From NCBI GenBank assembly GCA_051745735.1, contig JBNJEJ010000003.1:13656-77655 (forward strand): a DNA stretch of 64,000 nucleotides, read 5' to 3'. This DNA comes from Pseudomonadota bacterium. Lineage in GTDB: Bacteria; Pseudomonadota; Gammaproteobacteria; Enterobacterales; Alteromonadaceae. The position numbers were made by a program, and so were the translations under genes. Below the pieces are notes generated by a model. The model had not been told where the DNA came from, did not search any database, and saw only the letters and a list, made by a program, of their open reading frames with translations. This document shows positions 10,064-21,600 of the stretch, piece after piece. The first letter of the stretch is position 1. Every line of letters begins with the position of its first letter.

Positions 10064-11809
10064 TTAGCTACCACTAAATTGCAGGTTATACAGTTGGCTA
10101 TAAGGCCCTTCGTGTTCTAACAATGTCTGATGATCACCGCGCTCTACGATTTCACCATTGTCCATAACCAGAATTTCATCAGCGTTTTCGATGGTCGACA
10201 ATCGATGTGCAATTACCAGCGAGGTACGATTTTTACGCAGCGCCCCCAGTGCTTGCTGAATGTGCCGTTCCGACTCGGTATCCAGTGCCGAGGTCGCCTC
10301 ATCAAGAATCAAGATGGGGGCGTCCTGCAGCAATGCCCGCGCGATGGCAATGCGTTGTCGTTGGCCACCTGACAGCATAACGCCGTTTTCACCGACAATG
10401 GTGTCCAGGCCGTTGGGCATGGTCTCGGTAAATTCAGTGACATAAGCCTGCTCGGCTGCACGGATGATATCTTTTTCTGACACGGCATTGGCAGCGCCGT
10501 AGGCAATATTGTTGGCAATGGTGTCATTAAATAAGGTGACATGCTGGGATACCAGTGCAAACTGGCGGCGCAAACATTTCAGGTTGTAATCTTGTATGTT
10601 GTGGCCATCCAGCAATATTTGCCCATCGTTGACGTCATAAAATCGGGTCAGCAAACTGGAAACGGTCGATTTACCGCTACCTGAGCGCCCGACCAGAGCT
10701 AAGGTTTTACCTTGCTGCAAACTGAAGCTGATGTCCTGCAGCGCCGGTTCGTCGCCATCCTGATAACAAAAGGTCACATGATCGAATACCAGATTGCCTT
10801 TTGCACGGTCCACTTGCCGTGTGCCTTTATCGATTTCGACGGGCTCGTCTAAAATATCAAACACACTGGTGGCCGCTGCGATACCACGTTGAAAATCACT
10901 GTTAATGTTGGTCAATTGCTTAAGCGGTCTCAACAGCATGATCATGGCTGTGAGCAAGGTGGTAAAAGCGCCGGCCGACAGATTTTCCAGCATTTCAGGA
11001 AAACTCGCCAGGATCAGCACCATCGCGAGGCTGAGTGAAGCAATAAACTGTATCACAGAGGTACTAATGGCACGGGTGTTGACTAGCTTCATGTTCTGGT
11101 TACGTGTGTTGTTATTAATTTCGGCAAAGCGTTTTGATTCCACTTTTTGCCCTTCGTGCATAACAACCACTTTGTGGCCATTGATCATTTGCTCAGCGGT
11201 CGTGGTGACATTACCCATTGCAGTTTGAATGCGGCCACTGACCACACGAAAGCGCTTGGATACCACCGCTACAATTTTGGCAATGAGCGGGCCGACCACC
11301 AAAAACACCAACGACAGTTGCCAGCTTTGGTAAAACATCAAGGCCAGTAATCCAATAACAAAAGCGCCGTCTTTAACCAGAATCAATACCGCCCGGCTGG
11401 TCGCCTCGGCCACCTGCTGAGTGTCATAGGTAATTTTTGAGATTAGCTCGCCGGTGGAGTGTTGGTCATGAAATTTAACCGGCACTTTCATCAGGTGTTC
11501 AAATAGTTGCTGTCGCATGCGGGTAACAACTTTAAAACCCACATAATTTAAAAAATAAGTACTGGCAACATTAAACAGACCCCGCACGATAAAAAATATC
11601 GGTACAATCAGGCCACCGTAAAACAGGATACTGGAGTTTCCTTTGGCTAAACCGTCATCAATCAAGGTTTCAATTTGAGAAAAAAACCAGGTATCGATTG
11701 CAGAAAAGCCAATCATTCCCAAGATCGCAAAAGCAAAGGTTAACTTGTACGGTTTAATGTAACTGAGTAAACGTTTAAACGTTTTTTTCTTTAGGCTCTG
11801 AGAGTCCAT
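10064..11809 (-). CDS. msbA: Lipid A export ABC transporter
   Basis: TM domain plus GRSGSGKS, LSGGQRQR, DEATSALD; adjacent to lpxK. Confidence 0.96.
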   Translation of the reverse strand: MDSQSLKKKTFKRLLSYIKPYKLTFAFAILGMIGFSAIDTWFFSQIETLIDDGLAKGNSSILFYGGLIVPIFFIVRGLFNVASTYFLNYVGFKVVTRMRQQLFEHLMKVPVKFHDQHSTGELISKITYDTQQVAEATSRAVLILVKDGAFVIGLLALMFYQSWQLSLVFLVVGPLIAKIVAVVSKRFRVVSGRIQTAMGNVTTTAEQMINGHKVVVMHEGQKVESKRFAEINNNTRNQNMKLVNTRAISTSVIQFIASLSLAMVLILASFPEMLENLSAGAFTTLLTAMIMLLRPLKQLTNINSDFQRGIAAATSVFDILDEPVEIDKGTRQVDRAKGNLVFDHVTFCYQDGDEPALQDISFSLQQGKTLALVGRSGSGKSTVSSLLTRFYDVNDGQILLDGHNIQDYNLKCLRRQFALVSQHVTLFNDTIANNIAYGAANAVSEKDIIRAAEQAYVTEFTETMPNGLDTIVGENGVMLSGGQRQRIAIARALLQDAPILILDEATSALDTESERHIQQALGALRKNRTSLVIAHRLSTIENADEILVMDNGEIVERGDHQTLLEHEGPYSQLYNLQFSGS

Positions 11810-11867
11810 GCGATCTCATTAAGTTGCTAAATATCTCAGCATTCTACCCGTTTTATAGTGCAGGTGG

Positions 11868-14162
11868 CTAGTCATCATCGCGATAGATTAAGCGGCTTCG
11901 CTTTTCTGCAAAAGGTAACGACAGCTGCCATTGATAGCCATCAGTAACCAAACTTAACTGGCCGTAATCCTTACTACTGAACCAATTCCGTTGCATTTGC
12001 CGGTATCGCCGCGTAGTTGTGGGATGGGGGAAGTTATAACCTTTATGTTGTCCATTGCTGATTAAAATGACTGACGGCTGCGCCTGCTTCAGTAACAACC
12101 AGCCGCTGGATGTCTTGCTGCCGTGGTGTGGTGCCAGCATCAGGTCAACCGGTGGAAACCCCTGGTTTTCCGCAATTTTTCGTTCCGCTGCGAATTCAAT
12201 ATCGCCCGGCAGTAAGGCGCTGAAATTTCGATAACGCAGGTACAGCACACAGGATCGGTTATTCGAGCTCATCGTCTGCGCCCCGTCGCCGGGCCACAAT
12301 ACAGCCCAATGCACCTGGTTCCAATTGCCGCTCATACCCTGCTGACAAGGCTGACCCGTTAACGCACCAAACCATGAGATGGCTGGGTAGCGTTGCTTCA
12401 GGTAATCCAGTCCGCCGCTGTGATCACGATCTTTATGACTCACCCAGACAGCCTCTAACTGCAATTGACGAGCCTGCAAAAACGGCTCAATGACACTGGC
12501 CGCAAGGGTATAACCACTGCGATAACCAATTGCCGTATCAATCAACCAGGCTCTGCCGTCTCGCTCGACAACTACGGCCTGCGACTGGCCAACATCCAGT
12601 ACGTGCAGGAAAAACCTGTCATCGCGTGGATTACTGACATTAAAAGCGTAACTGGCCAGTGGTAACGAACCTAACAACACACACTTATAAAGACGTCTGC
12701 CGATCGGCAGCAGTGCAATGATAATAACCATCATCAAGATAGCCAGGGGGATATCATGCTTTGGCTGCCACCAGTTAAAATCCAGATTGGCAGTAAAATC
12801 AAGCAATGGGGTGACAAGCTGCAGTGGCAGCGCTGCCAGCAGCCACAGGTTATCGGCGAATTGGTGAGCATAAAAAACTTCTGCCAGGGTGCCGGCTAAG
12901 GTTAAAGGCAACAGCCAAAGACTGATAACCGGTAACACCAACAGGTTGATCAACGGTGCCAACAACGACACCCCCCCAAACCAGTGCAATGACAGCGGTG
13001 CCATGACGATCAGAAACATCAGTTGTAAGCGCATTAAGCTGACGGCAGCAGCAGTGCCGGTTTGTTGCCAGCGCCACAACGTCGTAAAAATGGTCAGTAA
13101 GGCGCTGACCGATAACCAAAAACCGACGTCCAGCCAGGCTAAGGGGTCAAAAAATAACAACACCGCTACCGTTCGCAAAACCAACTGCCAGCTGCTGATG
13201 CGTAAAGCCAGTGCCTGGTGCAAGACCAATACACTGAACATAATTAGTGCGCGCACGGTCGCAATAGCAAAATCAGCCAGCCAGGCATAACCGATTGCAA
13301 TCAGCAGCGCGAACAGCAAACTCAGCCACTGCACGCTAACGCGCTCTAATTGTTGGGCACTGCAGCGCCAGCTGAGCAGGCGGCCAACGATAACGCGGCC
13401 CAATAACACCCCCGCCCAGGCAACCAAACTGAGGTGCAAGCCGGAAATGGCCAGCGCATGCATCAGGCCATTATATTGCCAGTGCTGGCGTTGCTCCGCG
13501 CTCATGAAATGTCTGACACCAATACTCAGCGCGGCTAAGATAGCACCCTGCTCATCCGGATGTTGCGCCAGGCGACGCGCTACCCGGGCCCGTAAATGCG
13601 TGCTCTGCTGCTGTAACTGACCCGACTCAACGCTCGCCAGAGCAACAATTCCCTGCCGTCTTAATCGCAGCAGGTAATCATCGCTGCCCTGGTTCCAATA
13701 ATTTTTAGCCTGCTTCACCTTTGTGCTAAGCTGCCAGCGTTGGCCGAGAGCAAGGTTGTCGGGCGCATCACCATACCAGGTGAATCTGAGCCGTGGTGCC
13801 AATAGAAAACTGACATCACGTGCTTGCCCACCGACAACCTTACCGACAAAACGGGTGTGAGTAGTAAACTTAACCGGCAGGCTTGTCACAACCACGGTCA
13901 TCTGCTGAGGACTATTGGACTGGATCAACTGCTGTTGCTGGTGATGTTGCCAATTTATATTTGCAGTGGCGACCACGATGCCGCAAAATACAGCAACGAT
14001 TAATGTCGCCACTGACCGTACTCTCGGTGCAGCTGTTGGTGACAGCAACATAACCAGCAGCGCAAAAGTCAGTGTCAGCCATAGGCCGGTAAACGAGCTT
14101 TCCGCTGATGTACGCAGACCCAAGCCGACGCCTAAAATAAACGTGATTAAACAACGATCCAT
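11868..14162 (-). CDS. comEC: DNA internalization competence protein ComEC/Rec2
   Basis: HALAISGLH competence motif, multiple TMs, C-terminal MBL domain (DVGQ, SHKDRDH, PHHGS). Confidence 0.92.
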   Translation of the reverse strand: MDRCLITFILGVGLGLRTSAESSFTGLWLTLTFALLVMLLSPTAAPRVRSVATLIVAVFCGIVVATANINWQHHQQQQLIQSNSPQQMTVVVTSLPVKFTTHTRFVGKVVGGQARDVSFLLAPRLRFTWYGDAPDNLALGQRWQLSTKVKQAKNYWNQGSDDYLLRLRRQGIVALASVESGQLQQQSTHLRARVARRLAQHPDEQGAILAALSIGVRHFMSAEQRQHWQYNGLMHALAISGLHLSLVAWAGVLLGRVIVGRLLSWRCSAQQLERVSVQWLSLLFALLIAIGYAWLADFAIATVRALIMFSVLVLHQALALRISSWQLVLRTVAVLLFFDPLAWLDVGFWLSVSALLTIFTTLWRWQQTGTAAAVSLMRLQLMFLIVMAPLSLHWFGGVSLLAPLINLLVLPVISLWLLPLTLAGTLAEVFYAHQFADNLWLLAALPLQLVTPLLDFTANLDFNWWQPKHDIPLAILMMVIIIALLPIGRRLYKCVLLGSLPLASYAFNVSNPRDDRFFLHVLDVGQSQAVVVERDGRAWLIDTAIGYRSGYTLAASVIEPFLQARQLQLEAVWVSHKDRDHSGGLDYLKQRYPAISWFGALTGQPCQQGMSGNWNQVHWAVLWPGDGAQTMSSNNRSCVLYLRYRNFSALLPGDIEFAAERKIAENQGFPPVDLMLAPHHGSKTSSGWLLLKQAQPSVILISNGQHKGYNFPHPTTTRRYRQMQRNWFSSKDYGQLSLVTDGYQWQLSLPFAEKRSRLIYRDDD

Positions 14163-14206
14163 CGTTGCTCCCGATCAGCGGTTAATTCAATTTAGCAGGT
14201 AGTTTC

Positions 14207-14725
14207 ATGGCAAGACGGCTAATTAAAAAATTGGTACCTGATCACAACAAGATTAGACAGTATCGGGTAATCCAGCTGTTCGGCAGCTTGTTGCACGATG
14301 CTAACCTCTGGCATTTAAACCGCCGTTCGGCCTCGGGTGCTTTTGCGGTCGGACTTTTTACTGCTTTTATCCCGGTGCCTTTTCAAATGGTAGTTGCTGC
14401 CGCAGCCGCTATCCCGTTTCGGGTTAACCTGCCCTTATCAGTAGGCCTGGTATGGGTATCCAATCCCGTTACCATGCCGCCTATGTTTTATCTGTGTTAC
14501 CGCCTGGGAAACTGGATGCTTGCCGCTCCACCCCACCCCTTTACCTTTGAATTAAGCTGGCAATGGCTGGCAGAAAGCGTATCAACAATCGGTCCGTCAC
14601 TGTTGTTAGGTTGTCTGGTCATGGGTACAGCCGCCAGCGTTATCAGTTACCTGGGTATACGGGTACTATGGCGACAGTCGGTGGTTAATGCCTGGCGCAG
14701 TCGCCCCGGTTCACGCCATTCCTGA
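14207..14725 (+). CDS. DUF2062-family membrane protein
   Basis: LWHLNRRS, WVSNPVTMPP; usual position between comEC and lolE. Confidence 0.85.
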   Translation: MARRLIKKLVPDHNKIRQYRVIQLFGSLLHDANLWHLNRRSASGAFAVGLFTAFIPVPFQMVVAAAAAIPFRVNLPLSVGLVWVSNPVTMPPMFYLCYRLGNWMLAAPPHPFTFELSWQWLAESVSTIGPSLLLGCLVMGTAASVISYLGIRVLWRQSVVNAWRSRPGSRHS

Positions 14726-14734
14726 TGCAAAAGC

Positions 14735-15967
14735 TCAGCGACCGCCGTGTAAGGCTTTGGCAGGTGCAACGCGGGTAGCCCGCCAGGCCGGATAAATAGT
14801 TGCCAGTAAACTCATCAGTAAGGCCACTGAGGTTACTAAAACGACATCTTGCCAGTGCAGTTGCGACGGAATCTGACTGACAAAATAGACATCATCGTTC
14901 AGTAACTGCAGTGCCAGAGCCTGTTCCAGCCAAAGCATTAAACTGGGTAAACTAACAGCCAGCAGGCTACCGACAGCTGCGCCCCAGAAAGCCCCCCATA
15001 AACCGTTTTGAAAGCCCTGCCACACAAAAATCATAACGATTTTGCGGTCAGCAAGTCCCATGGTTTTCAACATGGCAATTTGCGACCGCTTTTTAGCGAC
15101 CGTTAAAACCAGTGTTGAGACAATATTAAAGCAGGCGACAGCCATAACTAACACCAGCACCAGGTAAATAACGGTGCGCACTAACTCGATATCGCGGTAT
15201 AGATGACCGTGAGTGCGCATCCAGTGATTAACATAGACTAAATCGGGCAGTTGATTGCCAACACGTTGCGCAACCTGGGGTGCGTTAAATACGTCTTTTA
15301 GCGTCAGCTGAATGCCGGTAACACCGCTGGAGATACCGGCCAGCTGGCGGGCAGTCGCCAGCGACACATACGCATTCTGATGATCAATTTCGCCACCAAA
15401 TTCAAACAAGCCGACAATGTTGAGTTTGTGCCGCCGCGGAGATTGAAATGCCTGTTCGCCCTGTTCGGCAATCAATAAGGTGATTTGCTCGCCAACGGTT
15501 AACTGCAGCTCGTCCGCAAGGCCCGCCCCCAGCACAACACCTGCCGTTGACTGCTGCAGGGCGCGCAATGCCGGGGCCGTAATAAAGTCAGCAATTCCTG
15601 CCGGTGCAGCCGTCGGTTCAATACCTTGCAGAATAATCCCTTTAAACCGTCGGCCTGCCTGCACCATGGCGGTTTTTTGAATTGCCGGATTAACAGCCAG
15701 CACAGCCTCATCGGCCTCGGCAATTTTTGCAATCTCCCGCCAGTCATCAAAGGTGCCGGAAACACGCTGGTATTCCACGTGGGGAACTACTTTCAGTAAC
15801 TTATCCTGCAAAGCACTTTGAAAGCCATTCATCATTGACAGAGCCGCAATCAGCACCGCACAGCCCAGTACGATTCCCAGCGTGGACGACGTCGAAATGA
15901 AGGACAGAAAACCATGCGCCGATGTGTTTTTCCTGAATCGTCGGGCAATGCTCCAACTTAACACCAT
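14735..15967 (-). CDS. lolE: Lipoprotein-releasing ABC transporter permease
   Basis: MMNGF, FNIVSTL, ATIYPAWRA; third gene of lolCDE. Confidence 0.92.
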   Translation of the reverse strand: MVLSWSIARRFRKNTSAHGFLSFISTSSTLGIVLGCAVLIAALSMMNGFQSALQDKLLKVVPHVEYQRVSGTFDDWREIAKIAEADEAVLAVNPAIQKTAMVQAGRRFKGIILQGIEPTAAPAGIADFITAPALRALQQSTAGVVLGAGLADELQLTVGEQITLLIAEQGEQAFQSPRRHKLNIVGLFEFGGEIDHQNAYVSLATARQLAGISSGVTGIQLTLKDVFNAPQVAQRVGNQLPDLVYVNHWMRTHGHLYRDIELVRTVIYLVLVLVMAVACFNIVSTLVLTVAKKRSQIAMLKTMGLADRKIVMIFVWQGFQNGLWGAFWGAAVGSLLAVSLPSLMLWLEQALALQLLNDDVYFVSQIPSQLHWQDVVLVTSVALLMSLLATIYPAWRATRVAPAKALHGGR

Positions 15968-16663
15968 TTATGCCTCTTGTGGGTCGGTCACTTGCAGTTG
16001 CCCGCGCTGCAGACGTTCAACACGCTGTAATTGAGCGGCCAGCCGCTCATCGTGAGTGACTACAATAAACGCGGTACCGCGTTCCTGATTCAGTTGTAAC
16101 ATCAATTGATAAACCGCTTCTGCCGCTTCGCCGTCAAGATTACCCGTCGGTTCATCAGCAATTATCAATTGCGGCCGGTTAGCAAAAGCCCGTGCCACAG
16201 CAACCCGTTGCCGTTCGCCACCGGACAACTGCGCCGGTCGGTGGCGCATGCGCTCTGCTAATCCTACCCGCTGTAATAATTCAGCCGCCTGTTGCTCGGC
16301 ATCAGCGCTGCTTTGCCCGGCAATTAATAACGGCATAGCAACGTTTTCCAGCGCATCAAACTCAGGCAACAAATGATGAAACTGGTAAACAAAACCCAGA
16401 TTCTGATTGCGCCAACGCGCCAGTCGGCTGGCACTCCAGCCGGTTAGCCGCTCGCCGCGAAACACCACCTGCCCCGAGGTAGGCTGATCCAGCCCCGCTA
16501 AAATGTGCATCAGTGTGCTTTTCCCCGAGCCGGAGGCTCCGACGATAGCCACCATCTCGCCCTCATTGACGCTAAAGTCAACCTGGTTTAATACCGTAAT
16601 TTGACCGCTGCCGTCGTCAAATATTTTACTGATTTTTTGTCCCGCTAACAGCTGGTCAGTCAT
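15968..16663 (-). CDS. lolD: Lipoprotein-releasing ABC transporter ATP-binding protein
   Basis: [18 protein letters not shown] LolD motif, LSGGE. Confidence 0.96.
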   Translation of the reverse strand: MTDQLLAGQKISKIFDDGSGQITVLNQVDFSVNEGEMVAIVGASGSGKSTLMHILAGLDQPTSGQVVFRGERLTGWSASRLARWRNQNLGFVYQFHHLLPEFDALENVAMPLLIAGQSSADAEQQAAELLQRVGLAERMRHRPAQLSGGERQRVAVARAFANRPQLIIADEPTGNLDGEAAEAVYQLMLQLNQERGTAFIVVTHDERLAAQLQRVERLQRGQLQVTDPQEA

Positions 16664-17894
16664 AGCGTAATGCCTCCGAGGGTTGAGTTTTTGCAGCCAT
16701 TAAGGCGGGGTAAACCGTTGCCGCTAAACACAGCAGCAGTGATACGACAGCAACTGATACCAGTTGCCACGGTTGCACAACAATGGGTAAACCGGTGGCG
16801 TTAATGGTCATTAGGTCTACCCCTAATAAGGTGAGTAACGGATTCAGATAATAACTGACCAGCAAGCCCAGCAATAAGCCAATTGCCGTACCGACCACTC
16901 CGTTGTAGCTGCCCTGCAACAAAAAGACCTGCCGAATCTGCGCTTGTGTCAGGCCCAGGGTCTGTAATATCGCAATGTCGTGGCGTTTCTCATTAATCAC
17001 CATGATTAAAGCGGACAGGGTGTTAAAGGCCGCCACGGCAATAATCAATGCCAGCATCAGCCACATCATGCGTTTTTCCATTGCTACAGCATCAAACAGC
17101 TGACCGAATTGCTGACGCCAGTCACTGACCTGGTAATCGGTCAGCTGACGATAATGGTCGGCCACTTTAGGGGCAGCAAAGGCGTCATCCAGTTGTAGCT
17201 GAAAACCATCGACCGAAGTGGACGGCTGGCGAATCAACCGATTCAAATCCTCAGCGTTAGCGACAACCAGGTTATTATCCAGTTCTGACTGCAATGCAAA
17301 AATACCCGTAACGGTAAAGCGACGTTGCGCCGGTACCATACCAAAGGGGGTATAAACGGCACCCTGCGATGTGATCAATCGGATTTTATCACCCAAGGTC
17401 ACGCCCAGCCGGCTGGCGACCCCTTCGCCAATGACAAGATGATAGCGACCGCTTGCTAATTGCTGCCACTGGCCCACTTGTAAGGCATTGCTTAACACCT
17501 TGGGCAAACTGCTTGAGCTGTTATCGGCCGGCGTTGCAGCCAATCGCCCCCGGGCAATGGCAACCACCATGTCGTTAGGGGTCTGCAACAACGCCTGAGT
17601 CTGAACATAGGGCATGATGGATTTGACCTGCTGGTGTTCGGGTAACTGCTGCTGCAAGGTTGACCAATTTTTCAGTGGTGCTGACTGGCTCAGCTTAACG
17701 TGCGGAACCGCACCCAGGATGCGCTGTTTTAATTCGTTTTCAAAGCCGTTCATTACGGACATGACAACCACCAGTGCCATCAGTCCCAACGCAATACCAA
17801 ATAAAGCAAAGCGATTAATAAAGCGGGTAAAAGCCGAGCTTTTTTGGGCGCGCCCATAGCGTAAGGCGATAAAAAGCGATACCGGTTGAAACAT
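16656..17894 (-). CDS. lolC: Lipoprotein-releasing ABC transporter permease
   Basis: [28 protein letters not shown]. Confidence 0.93.
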   Translation of the reverse strand: MFQPVSLFIALRYGRAQKSSAFTRFINRFALFGIALGLMALVVVMSVMNGFENELKQRILGAVPHVKLSQSAPLKNWSTLQQQLPEHQQVKSIMPYVQTQALLQTPNDMVVAIARGRLAATPADNSSSSLPKVLSNALQVGQWQQLASGRYHLVIGEGVASRLGVTLGDKIRLITSQGAVYTPFGMVPAQRRFTVTGIFALQSELDNNLVVANAEDLNRLIRQPSTSVDGFQLQLDDAFAAPKVADHYRQLTDYQVSDWRQQFGQLFDAVAMEKRMMWLMLALIIAVAAFNTLSALIMVINEKRHDIAILQTLGLTQAQIRQVFLLQGSYNGVVGTAIGLLLGLLVSYYLNPLLTLLGVDLMTINATGLPIVVQPWQLVSVAVVSLLLCLAATVYPALMAAKTQPSEALRYD

Positions 17895-17978
17895 TACCCT
17901 CTCAAAATCTAATGTTGCGTAATCATTACCAGCAAGGATAATGAGTTACGCTAAGGCTGACAACTAAAAGGGCGGAAT

Positions 17979-18593
17979 ATGACGAATTCCCCAATCATGC
18001 AAACACAACATATTGGTGACTTTTTTACCGTTAACGAAGCATTTTCGGTCAATCTGCTGCCATTAAATGACGGTGTTACCGTACCGGACGACGATGCGTT
18101 TGAACAGCAAATGCCGGAGCTGTTTAAAATGGCGTCGGATATGGCCGGTGCTGATAAAGACCTGCTGGACAAATTGCAGATGGATAATAAGCAGCCCCCT
18201 GCATTGGTTATGTTTTTAGAGCATTTGAACCAACGTATGGTAACCATGTTGGGTTACTTATTGCGCTATGAAGATGAGCCGCAGCATCGTTTCAATGGTA
18301 TTGAGTTTGGCGGGGGCGGCATACGACTCGAAACCCAGCAGCCCTTTCAGACCGATCAGCTGTTTCAGGCTAAACTTTTTTTAAAAGCGGAATCGTTAGC
18401 CATTTTTTGTTATTTACGCTGTACCCAGAGTACGGCCAATGAGGCTTTGAATGGGCACCAGGTGACACTGGAATTTGCACAAATCAGTGAGCAGGATCAA
18501 GAACACTTAATCCGCGCCAGTCTGCATGCCCAGAGCCGCCAGTTAAAACGTCGGGCGCAACACCGAAAACGAGAAAACGACGAAAACAGCTGA
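17979..18593 (+). CDS. PilZ-domain-like protein
   Basis: EFGGGG motif and C-terminal beta-barrel pattern; conserved position between lolC and mfd in Vibrionales/Alteromonadales. Confidence 0.7.
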   Translation: MTNSPIMQTQHIGDFFTVNEAFSVNLLPLNDGVTVPDDDAFEQQMPELFKMASDMAGADKDLLDKLQMDNKQPPALVMFLEHLNQRMVTMLGYLLRYEDEPQHRFNGIEFGGGGIRLETQQPFQTDQLFQAKLFLKAESLAIFCYLRCTQSTANEALNGHQVTLEFAQISEQDQEHLIRASLHAQSRQLKRRAQHRKRENDENS

Positions 18594-18671
18594 ATTATCC
18601 ATTGCGAGGCATCCAAAATCGTGACGAGATCAGTATAATGCTCACATCTTTGTCCGGGTAATCGAGTTGTC

Positions 18672-21600
18672 ATGCCAAACGTTTCTGTATTAAAGCCTCC
18701 CTTTCCTGATTCTGCTGAGCGTGATGTCAGTTGGGTTAACCTGCGTGGCAGCTCAGAAGCCCTGGCCATCGCCAAACTGATCGATCAAACACCGGGGCGT
18801 GTCCTAATCGTCACCGCAGACGCCAATCAGGCGCACCGGTTAGAGCAGGAAGTCCGTTATTTTGCCGGTGAAGATACCGAATACCATGACGATATTACGT
18901 TGTTCCCGGATTGGGAAACCCTGCCCTACGACAGTTTTTCGCCCCACCAGGACATTATCTCGGAACGACTGAGTGTGCTGGCCCGCTTACCCGCGGCAAA
19001 GCGCGGTGCATTGATTGTCAGTGTTAATACGCTGATGCAGCGCATTGCTCCGAAAACTTTTGTGCAAAGTCAGGCGATGGAGTTTACCGTAGGTCAGCAG
19101 CTCAACAGTCTGGCCCTTCGTGAGCAGCTCGAGCAGTCTGGTTATCGTGCGGTTAACCAAGTCATGGAACACGGCGAGTTCAGTTCCAGAGGTTCGATTT
19201 TAGACTTGTTTCCTATGGGCAGTTCACAACCCTACCGGCTGGATTTTTTTGACGACGAGCTAGACACCATTCGGCCTTTTGACCCGGAAACTCAGCTCTC
19301 GCAACAACCGGTTAATCAAGTGACATTGCTGCCGGCCCATGAATTCCCGTTGACGAAAACAGGCATCGAATTGTTCCGTAATCAGTTTCGTGAGCGGTTT
19401 GAGATCACCGCCGAACGGGATTCGGTGTATCAACAAGTCAGCAAATCTCAGTTACCCGGCGGCATCGAATATTATTTACCGTTATTTTTTGAACAAACCG
19501 CTACCTTATTCGATTATCTGCCGGACAATACGGTATTGGTTTCGTTTGGCGACATTCAGGGCGCTCTGGAGCGGCTCTGGACCGATATTAATCACCGCTA
19601 TGAACAACGCCGTTACGACAAATCACGACCCTTATTGCCCCCCAATGAACTGTATTTACCCGTCGATGAGGTGCATTCCGGCTTTAAAAAATTACGCCGA
19701 ATTCGTACGGCTATTCCGGCCGATAAACCGACCCCCGGGGCAACTCAGTTTGATACTGAGCTGGTTACAGAGGTGGCGGCTAATCATCAGCATAAAGAAC
19801 CTTTTGCATCGCTGGCTAAGCTGATTGAGCAGGCAGTCGCTAATAACGAACGGGTGTTGTTATCGGCTGAAAGTGCCGGCCGCAAAGAAACATTGCGTGA
19901 AAATGTCAGTCGTTTAGGTTGGCGCCCGACGTCCGTTGCTAGCCTGGATGACTTTTTAGCCGTTGATGACGCGGTCGGCCTGCTGGTCAGTCCCATTGTC
20001 AATTCGTTCCGTCTGTTAACCGACAAGCTCTGGTTTATTACCGAAACCGAACTGCTGGGCAATAAAGTTGCTCAGCGCCGGCGGCGTGATCAAAAAGCTA
20101 CGGTGAGTCCGGATACCCTGATCCGCAATTTAGCCGAGCTACAAACCGGTCAGGCTGTTGTTCACATTGATCATGGGGTCGGCCGTTATCAGGGGCTGAC
20201 CACCCTGGATGCGGGGTCTGTTACCACGGAGTTTGTTACCATCGAATACGCTGGCGGCTCAAAACTCTATGTGCCGATTTCCTCCCTCGACGTATTAAGT
20301 CGTTACAGCGGCGGTGAAGACAATCACGCCCCGCTGCACAAACTGGGTAACGACAGTTGGGAGAAAGCTAAAAAACGAGCCGCCGAAAAAATACGCGATG
20401 TAGCTGCCGAGTTGCTGGACGTTTATGCACACCGGGAAGCAAAATCCGGCTATGGCTTTAACATTAACGAGGATGATTATCAGCGCTTCGCCAGCGGTTT
20501 TCCATTTGAGGAAACTCTCGACCAACAACAGGCCATTAATGCGCTGAAAACTGACATGCAACAACCTCAGCCAATGGATAGGTTGGTATGTGGCGATGTT
20601 GGATTTGGCAAAACCGAAGTTGCAATGCGCGGCGCTTTCATCGCCGTTAATGATGGCAAACAAGTTATGGTACTGGTGCCGACAACGCTGCTGGCGCAAC
20701 AGCACTATGAAAACTTTAAGGACCGGTTTGCTGACTGGCCAGTGCGGGTCGAAGTATTGTCCCGTTTTAAAACCGCGAAGCAGTCCAAACAAATACTGGC
20801 TGATATGGCATCAGGCCAGGTGGATATCGTTATTGGTACCCATAAGTTGCTGCAGGAAAACGTTAAGTGCAACGATCTCGGTTTATTAATCGTTGACGAA
20901 GAACACCGCTTTGGCGTGCGTCAAAAAGAAACCATAAAGCGCATGCGTGCCGATGTCGATATTTTAACTCTGACCGCTACGCCGATTCCCCGAACGCTCA
21001 ATATGGCAATGAACAACATCCGTGATTTGTCGATTATTGCAACGCCTCCGGCCAAGCGCCTGGCGGTCAAAACCTTTGTTCGCGAATTTGATGATGCCAC
21101 GGTCCGCGAAGCGGTATTGCGTGAGATTTTACGCGGTGGACAAGTCTACTTTCTGCATAATAATGTCGAGACCATCGAAAAAATGGCCCTGGATCTCGAA
21201 GCACTGGTGCCCGAGGCGCGTATCACTCTGGCCCATGGCCAAATGCGAGAGCGCGATCTGGAACGCATTATGTCCGACTTTTATCATCAGCGCTTTAATG
21301 TACTGGTCTGTACTACCATCATCGAAACCGGTATCGATGTGCCGAGCGCTAATACCATCATCATGAATCGAGCCGACCACCTCGGTCTGGCGCAAATGCA
21401 CCAATTGCGTGGCCGCGTCGGTCGTTCTCATCATCAGGCCTACGCTTATCTGCTGACACCTCACCCTAAGCGCATGACCAAAGATGCTGCTAAGCGGTTA
21501 GAAGCCATAGCGCAACTTGAAGATCTCGGGGCTGGATTCATGTTGGCGACTCATGATTTGGAAATTCGCGGGGCTGGTGAATTGCTGGGGGACGAGCAAA